Assembly (NCBI GenBank): GCA_002269645.1
Contig: NIVC01001180.1
Span: 248,997 to 312,996, forward strand
Origin: Macrostomum lignano
Taxonomy: Eukaryota
Reading direction: 5' to 3'
Length of the DNA stretch: 64,000 bases
The first letter of the stretch is position 1; each line of letters opens with the position of its first letter. Shown here one piece after another: positions 45,153 through 57,289 of this stretch. The notes beneath the pieces were generated by a model. The model had not been told where the DNA came from. It made no database searches and worked only from the letters and a program-made list of their open reading frames with translations. Made by a program: the position numbers and the translations under genes.

Positions 45153-47215
45153 TATAAACCATAGATAACGCAACTTTCCGGTACATTTTTTCAAGTCGCG
45201 GGATGTTACATGACTTGATAATCTTAGTTTTTCCGGGATTTTATTTGTCGGTATATTTCTTCAGTCAGTTGATTCTGACCATAGACACTAAACATGCAAT
45301 ATGATAAAAAATTGAATTTAACAGATCATTGCAATGGTCAAAACAGTTTTCACCAGTATGTTCGCATATTATTTCAGTTTGTTACGTATAGCTAACGATT
45401 TATAGCAATCCATCAGGTCGACTACAGGTACCCATCGTACAAATGTTTTGAACAACGGAACAGTTGTTGAATACGAAGCTGTGGCCACCACTTCCAGATG
45501 CACCAGATGAGGTCGTGGCTTCTTGAATCGGCCTGCCATCGACCACCAGACTAGACGACTTGATTAGGTTCGTAGATGTTCGCTTGTACGCACGTACGCC
45601 GTCGACACTGCGATGGCCAGTACGCTCCATTATAAGCTGCTCGTCCACACCAGCTTGAAAGAGACGCGTCGCACATGTTTCCCTCAGGCTGTGGTTTGTC
45701 AGCTTGGGCACGCCAGCATCCTCGGTGATCGTAGCCATCATTTTGCACATGTAGTTTTTGCCAATCGGTCTGTTACAATACCACGCCGCACCGCTATCCC
45801 ACTTTTTGGCCGATTGGAGGTAGAATCGTGTAGCGTCTGGGGGACGCACCTTTAGATAAGTCTTGAACGCTTGTAGATGACAGACGGATCTAGCGTGAGA
45901 AGGGACGTACAACCGCTCCACTTGTTTGCGACGTTTGTCATTCAAGCCGCCATGGTAGGTCTTTGATGAGGCTTCTCGGTAAATAAGACACTCTTCGTTG
46001 TCGCGTATTTCAATTGTTATCTGGGAAAGCATCAGATTCGAATGCTCTTCACCTCCACGTAGAGCAAAGTGGAGTCCATTGAGAAAAAAGAGCGTCTTGG
46101 TCAGCTGATCAGGATTATCCAAGCCGAGGACTCCAGACTGCCATATTTTTTCTTCGTCAGAAACACAAAATCCCAGCTGGCTTACTGTTGAGTGAAGTAC
46201 CAGCGGCGGTTGACAGTTTCATGGCAGCGTCCAACGAGTCCCTGAATGGCCGTAGTTCCATTGACTTGAACAGATCTACTGTCGGCTGGACCTCTCGAAT
46301 GGCCGAATTGAGTCCAGCGGCTATCGATACTAATGACCCTCTAGGATAACGCTCGCCGTTGACCTTTCGCACCTCGTGGATGAAGCGACCGAGAATCGTA
46401 TTGATTTCCTCACAGCTGAACTCGGTGATGGGCTTCATGCCGATCTCACTGACACGAGAGCTCACCCATGCCTGGAAAATTCGCAGGGCCCAGTTGTTCC
46501 GATTGATTGTGCATTTTGGACGGACAGACTCGTTCAGCGCGGCAACACTGTCGACTATAGCAAAACGACCGCCACCATCCAACAGTGGTGTCTCAAACGT
46601 CTCTATCTCGTATAAATCTTCCAACTCCACTTCTTCTTCATATCTTTTCATCTCAGTCGCCAGCCACTGATGATCTTGAAAATCTCCACCAGCGCGTGAC
46701 TTTACGAAATCGAGCGGTAGGACGTTTGGATCGAAGTTGCCAATAAAACCTTTTGAATAGTCGACGAGTGGATTAAGAATTCGACGCATCGAAAAGCCTT
46801 TCGATAGACTCTGTAATAAATGAATGAACTGTCGAAACTTAAATGAAAGTCAGACCTGATCTCCCGACGTGTAGCTTTTAAGAACATACATCACTTTAGA
46901 CCATAGACAATTAATTATAAGTGTTTGTTTACGTGGGGGCTCTGCCCCCACACCCCCGCGGGGGCTCATCGCCCCCTCGACCCCACCTCTCAGTTAGTAG
47001 GCATTTTGGCCATAGACACTTCTTTTTTGTATTTGCAGGATTATATTATAACTCCGGGGTATTATCTAATATTATCCCGGAGTTTATCTATGGTTTATAT
47101 GAGATAAAACATGCCTTCTTCGGGAGTTATTTTCATAAATCCCTCGGGCCTTCGGCCCTCGTGATTTATATAAATAACTCCCTCAAAAGGCATGTTTAAT
47201 CTGATTCATAAACCA
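45153..47215 (-). mobile_element. Crypton-type tyrosine-recombinase DNA transposon, near intact
   Basis: It contains the YR gene. A perfect 16-bp inverted repeat (TATAAACCATAGATAA at 45153-45168; TTATCTATGGTTTATA at 47084-47099) brackets it, and a ~125-bp imperfect palindrome lies at 47091-47215. The boundaries are inferred. Confidence 0.72.
45400..46789 (-). CDS. Tyrosine recombinase of Crypton/DUF3504 type (~462 aa) with a single 1-nt frameshift
   Basis: The N-terminal part has NWALRIFQAW..LGRFIHEVRKVNGERYP..SL..I.AGL. The catalytic part has FALRGGEEH (R), SSKTYHGG (K), NHSLR (HxxR), TGHRS (H) and RAYKR (Y). Removing one base from the A4 run at 46167-46170 (+ strand) joins the two ORFs as KPAGICVSDEEKIWQSGVLGLDNPDQL. 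Confidence 0.85.
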
Positions 47216-48983
47216 TTTATTTGCAAAAACATGGTGGCCTAAAAATAAAAACAACTTTTTAAGAGGACTTTTATAACTAGTACATATGCATTGTACTCAT
47301 TGCTCAAAAATGCCCTTGTGTGGGCGCATGGCTCTAGGCTACAAAACTTAACTTGATGACGACTAACTAACTAAAATAAGTAAAAGGCGCCTCAGCCATT
47401 GAACAGGCTCTTACGCCACTAGTAATAAATTGGGTTCCAGATTGGGAGTGTACGAATGTGCACAAGGTTTCTAAGCTAGAGTGAGAGTGACTGTGGCCAA
47501 CAAGCTAAGCAGGCAACACCAGTCGGGCAAAGGGGCGGGCCCTACCCCCTGCCTTCGGGGCGCTCACCTACTCCAAGCTCAAATCAAAATCTCCCCGGGG
47601 CCAGAAGGGGTTGAGTGAACCAATCAGGGAAGCCCGTGCCTTCTCCGGGTTAGAAAGAGCCAAAAAACCGGTCGTATGACCGCCCCCACGGCCGTGGCAA
47701 CCCGAAAGAGCCTCTCCCCCCAACTAAACCCCGGGTACTCTTGCCAAGACAATCTCTTATCTTTGAAGCGGCAGGAGGGCTAATCGCCGGGACTATTTCA
47801 CCCTTTGCTTCGCCAACCCGCCATTTTTATAAGGCCGTGCCAACGGCCCCGTCCTGGTCAGACTCAGTCCTGGTTCTGGCACGCTCCAGCTTTAATAGAG
47901 TCGCTGGCTGTTCGCTCAGAGGACACTCCGAGGGAGACGGTCAGAGCATCAACTGGAACAGGTATAGGCCTGCCTTCCTATACAGCTACCCACAGCCCTT
48001 CCTGATCAACTATTACCCTCCAACCCAGCCCACTAACACGTTACAAGCTTTCAGCCAGGCAGAGACAAGTGTCACAGAGGTACTGCGGTTCGGCGTCTCT
48101 ATGCGAGACAAAACCATCAAGACAAACTTGACGACTATTTTTAGTTAAAGAACCATTGGTTAATTATCGTATATTTTGCTCGGTTTGGTACTGTCATGGC
48201 CAAATGATGTTTGTATTAATAATTAGTATGAATAGCATTTTTCAAGAACTACGAGTACTTGCGATGTACCTGGACTTGACTTCGCTGTAGGGCTGTCCCG
48301 GAGGGACACAGCGTGAAGGCGCGGACGCCCATTCCAGCGTCGGAGGGTGACCAGCGTCGGATCCCAGTCTGTCCAGCAGCCCTAGGGTCTGCCTTGACAA
48401 GTACCCCTGATTGGGGCCGGCGTGAAGCATCGCAAACCTGAGCCCATAGGCCTGCGCATGGCCTGTCTCATACTTCACTGGCATGCTTTGCGAGCGCAAT
48501 GTACCTTACCCAGGCAATGGCACAAGGACAATTGTTCAGGGGGGGGGGCACAAAAACTCGAAGACTATATATGTAATTAAAGGTCAGCACCAGACCTGTC
48601 CAATCCAATGGGAAGTATGAGATACGAGCTACATATTGCATCTATTTTGTCGAACTTTGGGAAGGGGATCCCTCCGACATGTAAATGTGCGCCAAAAACT
48701 AGCGACACGGCTGTTAGATTCTAGCAGGTCAAGAGCAATATAAACGCACCGAAACCTATTGCTTAGTATACCTATTGCAGAATATCACCTATATAATATA
48801 GTGATTTAACTCTAGCCGTTAGATATCGGTTGCGATGTAGGGACTCCAGGGCATTAACCTCTATGTTCGCTGCGCTCGCCCTCCAGTGGGGGCTTCCTAT
48901 TGTTCGATGAGTTTTTCAAGCCCTCCAGTGCGTGGGGTTTTAAAATTCCTCGAGGGGCTGAGTACATTGTCTGCACAACTAAA

Positions 48984-49165
48984 CCTTTTCACATTCAATT
49001 TTGATCAAAGTCCAGTTCTAAAAAAACTAGCGGAACTTCAATTCAGACAGGATAATTTTGTCTATGGCTAAACCTTACTTCGGTTAGAATCATGGATGAA
49101 GGAATACACTAAAGGAATCCAGTTTTTTTAGAACTGGACTTTGATCAAAATTGAACGTAAAAAGG
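48984..49165. mobile_element. Short foldback/MITE-like element with ~45-bp inverted arms
   Basis: TTCAATTTTGATCAAAGTCCAGTTCTAAAAAAACT at ~48994 and its reverse complement ending at ~49155, extendable to 48984/49165 with few mismatches. No TSD recognised. Confidence 0.7.
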
Positions 49166-49354
49166 TGTAATAGCCCCCACTAGTGCTTTTGCTTTGCCAG
49201 TTTATGTCTAAATATATAGTGTGCTCAGACAAGATGAAGCCCCACTTAATTTCATAGCTTGCTAACTAACAAAAATAACAGACAGCTACTTGCAGAAATC
49301 TGCTTTTAAAGTCGCTCCGCTCCGTGTCGCCATTCTGCCTCGATATGCGAAGAA

Positions 49355-49570
49355 CTGCGTAGTACGGCTGTTCAGTCCAAGGACTGGGGGGTCGCCACAC
49401 ACCCTCAATTACCCCAGCTAATGCTGGCACCCATTTTACAGCTGGGTGAACTGAAGCAATGCAGAGTTAAGTGTCTTCCTGCTCAAGGACACAAGTTGTT
49501 CCGAGTGAGTCGAGAATCGAACCCCCGACCTTTCAGTCGTGAATCCGACGCTCTGAAACCACGAGGCCCT
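49355..49570 (-). mobile_element. tRNA-derived SINE (CORE-like central domain), copy 1
   Basis: The minus strand has a tRNA-like head with B box GGTTCGATTCT, then GTGTCCTTGAGCAGGAAGACACTTAACTC..CAGCTGTAAAATGGG. Closely similar to the copy at ~60993. Confidence 0.82.
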
Positions 49571-49955
49571 TTCCAGGCCCCAACCCCTTCACATTTAAAG
49601 TAAGCGGTGGTGACGCACAGTGTAGCTAGTGCTCAAAAGAGCACAAGTTCACCACATTTGTCTTTGTCTTTCCGTAATTTTTTATTATCAAAATGAGTTG
49701 CTGTGTTACTAAATATTAGCTGTAAGTGATTGTAATTGACCAACACCTACATGTACATTTGTCTCCAACCAATCATCATCTGTTGTGCAAGTAGATTAAG
49801 CTTGGTTAAAATATTACTAGACCAAGCTCTAATTATGGGTTTGCCATTAAATCAAGTCTGGTATACAAAAATTAACAAGCTGACGAAAAAATATCTACAC
49901 AAAGCCCGTCTTCTGTAATGGCGGCACGAACAAAGCCATACTTATGTATTCTGGT

Positions 49956-50626
49956 CAGGGGTTGGCAAACTCCGGCCCTCGGGTCCTTTGAAACTTCACA
50001 ATAGCAATCCGGCCCGCTCAAGGTTTGTGTCTCTTCTCAGGTCTCCTCTCCTCCTCTCTCCGCTCCTCCGGGGTCTCCTATCCCTCCTCTCTCTCTCTCT
50101 CTCTCTCTCTCCACTCATCTACCCTCTCATCTCTCATATCGCCTCTCTCCTCTCCCCACCTCTCCCCTCTCATATCCCTTCCCTCCTCTCCCCCTTCGAT
50201 TCTCTCTCCCCTCTTCTCTTTCTTCTCTCCCTTCTCACCTCATCTTCCCTCTCTCCCTCTCCCCACGCCTCCCTTCTCTTCCCTCTCCTCTCATCTCCAC
50301 TCTCCTCTCTTATCTCCTCTCTCCTCTCCCACCTCTCCCCTCTCATATCCCTTCCCTCCTCTCCCCCTTCGACCCTCTCTCCCCTCTCCTCTATCTTCTC
50401 ACCTTTCTCACTTCATCTTGCCTCTCTCCCCTCTCCCCACGCCTCCCTTCTCTTCCCTCTTCTCCCTCTCATCTCCACTCTCCTCTCATCTCCTCTCTCT
50501 CTCCTCTTTTCTTCCTTTTCCTCCTCTATTGCCTCTCTTCTCTCCTCTCTCTCTGGCCCGCAGTCATGCGCTAAATTTTATATCTGGCCCTTACGTTGAA
50601 ACGTTGAAAAAGTTTGCCGACCCTTG
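49956..50626. mobile_element. Non-autonomous hAT (Charlie-like) element with an internal CT-rich simple repeat
   Basis: TIRs CAGGGGTTGGCAAACT and AGTTTGCCGACCCTTG (14/16 match), GGCCC subterminal motifs, and a CT tract at ~50030-50555. The flanking 8-mers do not match, so no TSD is retained. Confidence 0.75.
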
Positions 50627-50706
50627 ATGTACATAATAATGTACATATTTGCACCGTAAAGGTCCGTAATTGCACATTGCTTTTCCTGGATCCGGATTTC
50701 TCACAG

Positions 50707-50909
50707 ATCGAGGCGCAGTGATGGCCGTGCCCATGCCACTGAGCCCCGAGTACACACACGCCTACGTGGACATCGGAGCTCACGATCTGATCTGCAGATC
50801 ATTCCCAGTACAAGTGGATGACAACCGCTTGTCGGCTGAGGACTCGGCTCGGCTACTTGAAGAGAATTTCGCCCAGCTGTTCGAGCGAGCTTCAGTCCAG
50901 GTCAGCTGA
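50707..50909 (+). other. Possible isolated coding exon of an unidentified gene
   Basis: A CpG-rich open frame (DRGAVMAVPMPLSPEYTHAYVDIGAHDLICRSFPVQVDDNRLSAEDSARLLEENFAQLFERASVQ) with acceptor TTTCTCACAG at 50706 and possible donor CAG|GTCAGC at 50901. No family recognised. Confidence 0.35.
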
Positions 50910-52349
50910 GTTCGCAATCAAAATAATGGAGAACTTCTAGTTCGCATAAAAACTGGAAAACTCGAAACTGGAACCGAAGTTCATTTTAAAATGCATCAAG
51001 ATTACGAAATTAGCCGAAGTTTTCTGCTGGAAAGGACTTTTCTAGCCGAAATCTGCCACCAGGTCAGGAGGAGGTCCAACCTGTCTGGGCTAATTTTGAT
51101 TTACATACGATCCACCTACCTGACACTTTTGGTGCTAAAGAGCCTGGAAAAGTAATCCTCAGTCTGCTTTTTCACAGTTTTGACCGTTTTTTATATAGAT
51201 CTTACGTACTGTACATGTATTATCTTGTTTTTTATGATTTATGACCGCAACCTATCAAGTTCCCTGGCGTGTCTGAGAGGTGGCGCGGGTGGAGAGGGTT
51301 TGGGATCTGGAGCTCTGCGAATCAGAGTCAGGCTAGTCATCCCGGGCTCGTCCAATCAGAAAACTTGACGACGCGGGTATAACCGATAGGCCGCCGGAAG
51401 ACTATGTAAGGGAGGCGGCACGGCTTACTCCCCACTCCGACTAACACTGTTGTGAGTCGCCTCTCCGAATCTCCCCTCTGCCCAAATAGGGCAAGCTCTA
51501 TTTCGCTTCATCCCGGCGTCTCCAGTCCTGCGCCCCCATTTTTGTGAGCCTATGGGCAGCCCTGCGATTGGCCAGAGCCGTTTAGTCTCTCCTCGTCTAC
51601 TCGCAGTTTTATCTGGTCTTTCAGGCGCTGGGACTGGTTGAGCCCATATGCCTCCCTCAATCGATCCTTGTGCAGTTTTGGCAATTGTGAATTAGCAAGG
51701 ACTACTAGACTAGATTTATAGTGAAGTATTCCTAGTGGTCCTTGGGAATTAGATGTCTGCTCTAAGCCCTTTGTGTTTGCGATCTAACTTTCTGTCCTGC
51801 ACCCCGGGCGGCCCGACTATTTATTGGGCCTTCCTGCAATATTATCTCTGCGTTACGTCATCTATGTAACCTCCGTCCCCCGTCACTCCTGTGCCGCGTT
51901 CCGCCGCCTCGAGGAGGAAATATACCAAGTGCATCCGTGCGTTAATTTGCCACCGTTGCTTTGAAAACCTTGAGCTTTCTGTTATACTGTTCCTTTGGAG
52001 TTGCGGTTGCTTAGGGCATAGGCGGGATTAAAGCGTCCGAAAACGCTTCCGGATGCGCGCCAGAGACGCGTCTTGCATGTTACCGTCGGTGAAGCGCCCT
52101 AGAACTACATCACCTAAAAGCAGCAGCAGCACCCCTGTCTGGTTGTCTCAGTCACTGCGGGATTCCTGGTCACCACGGCAGCTTGGTACTCAGACTGGTT
52201 GGGTGCAGAGAGGCCTTCTCTTATCGGGTGTACTTAGTGCGGTCTGATCCTTTGTTCAGTAGCTGGATAGGATTTGAACTTTTGCTTGTTGCTTTTCTGT
52301 GCTGAATTTAAGGCAGAAGTGTATGATGAGAAGTATTGTCTTGTAGGCA

Positions 52350-53470
52350 GAGGCATCCTGCCTATCAGATAGGTGAACACGAATAGCTCCTGTGAATACC
52401 TCTGGAGCTATCCTAAAGCTATCTTGGTGGCTTTCTAAAAGTAGCAAGAAAAGGCGCCCAGAGCAGCAGTGGTGTGTGCTCTTTACGGAGAATGAAGTCA
52501 GGGAAAAGATCAAAACACTGGACGTCGATTCATGTCACATGGAAAAAAAGAACACCATTGGCCTCTTTACCGCGCGATTCTACAGCGATACCACAATTGT
52601 AGCGTAGGTAATAGAGTCGTGCAATAGATGTTAGAGGATCGAGGATGAACAAGAAGTTCACCAGCAAACAGTGTGAAATACGATCGCTACATCCGATTGA
52701 GGTGGCCTACTGAGGTGGCCTACTGACGCTCAACGATTGTTCGGCTTCCTCTGCTTATAGATTGCGTTACAATGCCGACCAGAACTGAGAGGGGAGCTCG
52801 TTATATCCTGACTATAAGTTGCAACTTTACAAAATTTGCTATCTTTCGTCCGATATCAAATGTACGACCCGACACGATCGCTCGAGAACTGAAAAGCGCG
52901 CCTATTTGGCCTTTTTGGCTGGCCTCGCATTCTTCTGAGTGACCAAGGCAGGGAATTCTGCAACTTTGCAGAAGGCTTTGCAAAGGCTCATCGAGGCTTT
53001 GCTAAAGGAGGGTGGTACGGAAAGGCGACTAACGAGTGCTTACCATCCTCCGACGAATGGACAAACTGAGAAGCTAAACCAAACGTGCCTGAGCCTGCTT
53101 CGCAAGGGTTGCAACTCCCCAACTGACATTAACTGCAGGGATCGGCACCTGGACGCAATCCAACTGGCTTACAACAGCATACGCGATTCGACGACTCTGG
53201 CTTAGCCTTTCAGTGCTGTTTTTTCAGAATCAAAATTGCCCAGCACCAATTGCGGGAACGTCACGCGAGGATTGCCAAAGAAGTGGAGACAATCAAACAT
53301 GGCATGCTTGTTAGACTTCGCAATTACCGTTGCGACGATCGAAAAGGTGGAAAACTTCTGTCCACTTGGAGCGACTGTACGTACTCAGTGCGCAGATGCG
53401 TGGGACGAAAACGTCTATTCGCTGGCATAGTCGAAGTGCTTCCCCAATATTTTGTCACTTTAACTAATTG
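52350..53470 (+). mobile_element. Degenerate Gypsy integrase remnant
   Basis: A zinc-binding region (VREKIKTLDVDSCHM..TI.LF..RFY) and the rve core motif LTSAYHPPTNGQTEKLNQT..AIQLAYNS; fragmented. Confidence 0.72.
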
Positions 53471-53999
53471 ATCTTTATCCACGCAAAGTCTTTTGACTTA
53501 TGCTGCCCACCAACACGAGCTAATAGCTATCTTATTGGCTGAACGTGGTTGTGAGAAGCAGTATTTTCTGTTAATGAAAAAATAAATACAATAATTGTGT
53601 CTTCATTTTTGCCAATTCGGTACTTACCCGTACATTGTGTTTCTTTGCTTTGAAAATTTTTAACTGACAAATCGTTCGTTCGCGTTGACCCGGAAATCAC
53701 GTCAATCCGGATAGCTCGTATTGCAAAGCAAACCTTAGCTTCTTGGCCGGATATTTGAACCTTCTGATGACTTCCGAGGGACCGCAAGTACCCCGGAGAA
53801 CGCAGAACAGCCTGAGATACCCGGACTGGATACTTTAAGACGCTTGAAATATCCAGGGGAGATCAGAAAGCACTTGCAATGTGCGGGTGGAGATCATGCA
53901 GATAGTACTTGTGCGGATAACGCAAGACACGGATATCCGAAATCATAACACCAGGGGGCCGCAATGATGACACTGGGCTGGGGTTTGCTGCGGTTGTTG

Positions 54000-56900
54000 A
54001 CCTTGACGGTTAGTGAGACGGTTTGCGGTTAGTCAGACGGTTTGCGGTTAGTCAGACCAGAGCGGATAGTGTTCCGGGCGGGTTTCCGAGCCTTCCGACG
54101 TCCGCCTGTTGCTACAGCTTTCAGGCTTTCCCCCTTGATGGGGTCCATGTCCTCGGAGGGGTCGTGACACACTGGGCTCCTTTTCCTGGGCGCTTGCGCC
54201 ACGCAGAGCTCCCGCTTACTGGCTTACGCTTCTCCAGAGGCGGTGGACGGATGGTGTCGGATTCGAAACTTCGAAGATCTGAATGCGCAACTGCCCGGCA
54301 GGGATAAGGGACATGTCCGGATAGCGGAACATCCAGCTATCCGACAGTCTGATGATTGCCGTGCTGCGGACGGACGGGTGCGAGAGGCCGTGAATGGCAT
54401 CAAATACGGTACGGCGAAAATCCGGCGGAACGAATAGGCACGGTCGGCCGGTGGAGGTGTCGCACAACAAATCCAACCTGGGACCGAATTGCACCTGCGC
54501 TAGCCGGAGGCTGCTGCTGGTCTGGTTCGCTGGATCCGCCTGCTGCACCTTGGCCATTCCCATGAAATCAACACCAGGGAGGAACTGGGGCTGAACAGAA
54601 CCCACCGTGCACGTCCACTGCTGCGTTGTCCTTGCCTGCCACATGTTGGATATTCGTGGTGAATTCGGACACATAAGCCAGGTGGTGCTGCTGCCTTGCT
54701 GAGCAAGGATCCGACATTTTCGACATGGCGGCGACCAGCGGCTTATGGTCAGTGGACGGTGAAAACTCGGCCTTCTAGGAAGTAGCGAAAATGCCGGACC
54801 GCCAAGTATAGGACGAGCAGCACGTGGTCGAAAGCGCTGTACTTCTGTTCGGGGGTGCGTAGTTGCCGGCTGAAGAAAGCAAGGGGCTTCCAAGCGTTGC
54901 CCACCCGTTGCTCCAATGCAGCTCCGACGGCGAAATCAGATGCATCCACGGTGAGGCCAATGGGCGCATGGGTCAGCGGGTGTGCCAATATGGCAGTGCC
55001 TGCCAACGCCTGCTTAGCATTAATAATAGGCGGTCGTCAATTCGGGTGTCCAGTAGACAAGCTTGTTTTTGCCGGCGGTGGCTGCGTGGATGGGTCGCAA
55101 CAGCTGTGCAGCCCGCGGCACAAACCGGTGGTAGAAATTCACCATGCCGACGGAATCCTGCAGGCCCTTGACGTGGAGGGTGGTGAAAAACGAGCGATGG
55201 CCTCGACCTTGGCAGGCAGCGGCACAGCTCCCTGAGTGTTGATTCTCAGTGATTCAGTTAAGTCGATCTCTCTGCGGCCGAACTGACACTTTGCCTGATT
55301 GATTAGGAGGCCGCTGCTGGAGAGTCGCTGGAACAGCAGGTGGATTGCTGCTGGCCACCAGGAAATCGTCCATATAAGCGAAAACGAAATCCAGATCCTG
55401 GCAGATAGAGTCCACCAGGCGCTGAAAAGCCTGGGCCTCGTTTTTCAAACAGAATGCCATTCGCAGGAATTCAAAAAGTCAAACGGGGTGACGACGGCGG
55501 TCTTGGGCACATCTGCCGCCATCACTGGCACCTGGTGGTAACCGCGCACAATGCAATCTTTGAGAAAATTGGACAAGCGGCCAGGTGCGAGGCCTTGGGC
55601 TGCTGGGCACCATGTAAAGCGTCACCATGGGCTGTTGGACCGGCGCACGATGCCGAGCTGCTTCAAGAGTCGGAACTCCTCCTTGGCCACTGCTAACTTC
55701 TCCAGCGAGCTGCAGGCCCGGCCCCATGCTGTCAATTAGGTGCACGCTGGAAAGCGAGTGAGCATCGAGCAGACGCCGATGCGGAAGGTCCACCAGCAGG
55801 CCATGATGCCGGAGAAAATCCATGCCGATCAGTGGTTGCTGAACCGCAGCCAGAATGAATGGCCGAGAGCAACGCCGGATGCCTAGGTCCAGAGTGAGCT
55901 GACGGGTGCCAAAAGTTCGGATTTGACTACCGTTGACGGCGTAGAGCGATGGGCCTTGGCGCAGCATTCGGGCATATGCTCCGGTGATCGGAAAGATGCC
56001 AACTTCGGCACCGGTGTCAACAAGAAAACGCCGGCCTGTCTGCAAATCCGGGACGAGGAGTAGACTGCTGCTGCCGGCCGCCGAGCTGTTTACTGAGGCC
56101 GGCCTGCCCATTTCCCTGAAACCTACACGGGACTTAGCATCGCCTGGCCTTCCCACCGAACTTCTTTTGTAAAAAGCAAAGACCGCTGGCTTCCTCAGAG
56201 TGGCGCTGTGGTGGCTGACCCCTGTCAAAACGGTTGACACGACTCTCATGGGCGACCGTGACCATAGGCTGGTCGGGCTGCTGAATCACCGCCATCGCTG
56301 GCTGAGGTCGACTGGCCTAAAGCTTGTCCGCGAGTAGTGCCGCCGATCGGGGTTCCTTGCAATCCGCGGAGACCAACGCCGTACGGATGTTGGCCGGTAC
56401 ATGTAGCTGCTGACGGAACAATTCTTCAAAAAGCATGCAGGGTGAGTGGTCACCCAGCAACGCCAACATTTCGTCCATTAGCTCAGACAGACGATGATCA
56501 CCGGGGCCGGTTATGCTGAGCAATCGATTGGCCTTTTGTTGCCTCTATAAACCGAAAGTGCCAACAAGCAGGCGAGCCTTCAACTGCCCTGCCCGTACTT
56601 GTCTTCAGTAGGGGGGGGGGGGGTTCTCGAGAACATCGAAGAAACGTTCTGCGGACTGTTGGTCTAGCGCTGCGACTAGATAGTAGTATTTGGTTGCGTC
56701 CTGCATGACGCCCCGAGTGTGGACTGAGCCTCGGCTAGGATAAACCATGCTCGGGGCTGGGAGTCCCAAAATGCATAGAGGCAGCTTGAGCGCTACTGCA
56801 CTGACAGTTGTGTTGCTGCTCGCATCGTTAAAAGCGCTGGCTGCTGTGCTGATGCCAGTAGCGATGACAGGTTCATGTTCTGTGACGTCGGCAGCTGCGT

Positions 56901-57130
56901 CAACTGTGTTAGCGCTGGTTGCTGTGTGCTCTGGCATTCTCAAATCACACGATTTGAGAAAAGTCGGGCTCACTAATGTGGCGGCTCGTCTAACGGCCGA
57001 GCGAGCGAGAAAAGAAGGTTATGTACTCTTCGTCTGCCGTAGGCACACAAACAAAACAGCGTGATGCGCAATTATAACAGTCTGGGCGGCCATAGAGAAA
57101 ACAAGTCCTTCTGTCCGTGACAGAATTTCA
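54000..57130 (-). mobile_element. Gypsy LTR retrotransposon (gag-PR-RT-RNase H), frameshifted, integrase core deleted, 3' LTR not found
   Basis: gag LKLP..TKYYYLVAALDQ..LENPP; protease RFLVDTGAEV; RT AQAFQRLVD..FAYMDDFLVAS; RNase H LTVDASDFAVGAALEQ..PLAFFSRQL..YSAFD; integrase HH region AIHGLSHPS, then an abrupt break near 54360. A PBS-like sequence at 56962-56975 follows a candidate LTR end (CA at 56977-56978 on the minus strand). Confidence 0.9.
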
Positions 57131-57289
57131 AATGAACAGTTTTTGCTCCGACTCAGTTTGAATTGGAGCACAATTTAGGATGAGCACTAGATTTGATCAT
57201 AAAGGTTTTTTGAAGTTTTTTCTTTTTCAGGCGACGGTCGCAGTGGACCGAAGTGATGCAGTTAACAGTCAATCAACATATCGATGAGT

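Noticed and set aside
46157-46190. Intron or programmed frameshift joining the two YR ORFs
   Set aside because: The GTAAG has no acceptor giving the right frame at a plausible distance, and there is no canonical slippery heptamer. A 1-nt homopolymer indel is simpler.
47400-48530. GC-rich segment with 135-aa and 85-aa ORFs
   Set aside because: No recognisable motifs or consistent splice structure; probably an unclassified repeat or LTR-like sequence.
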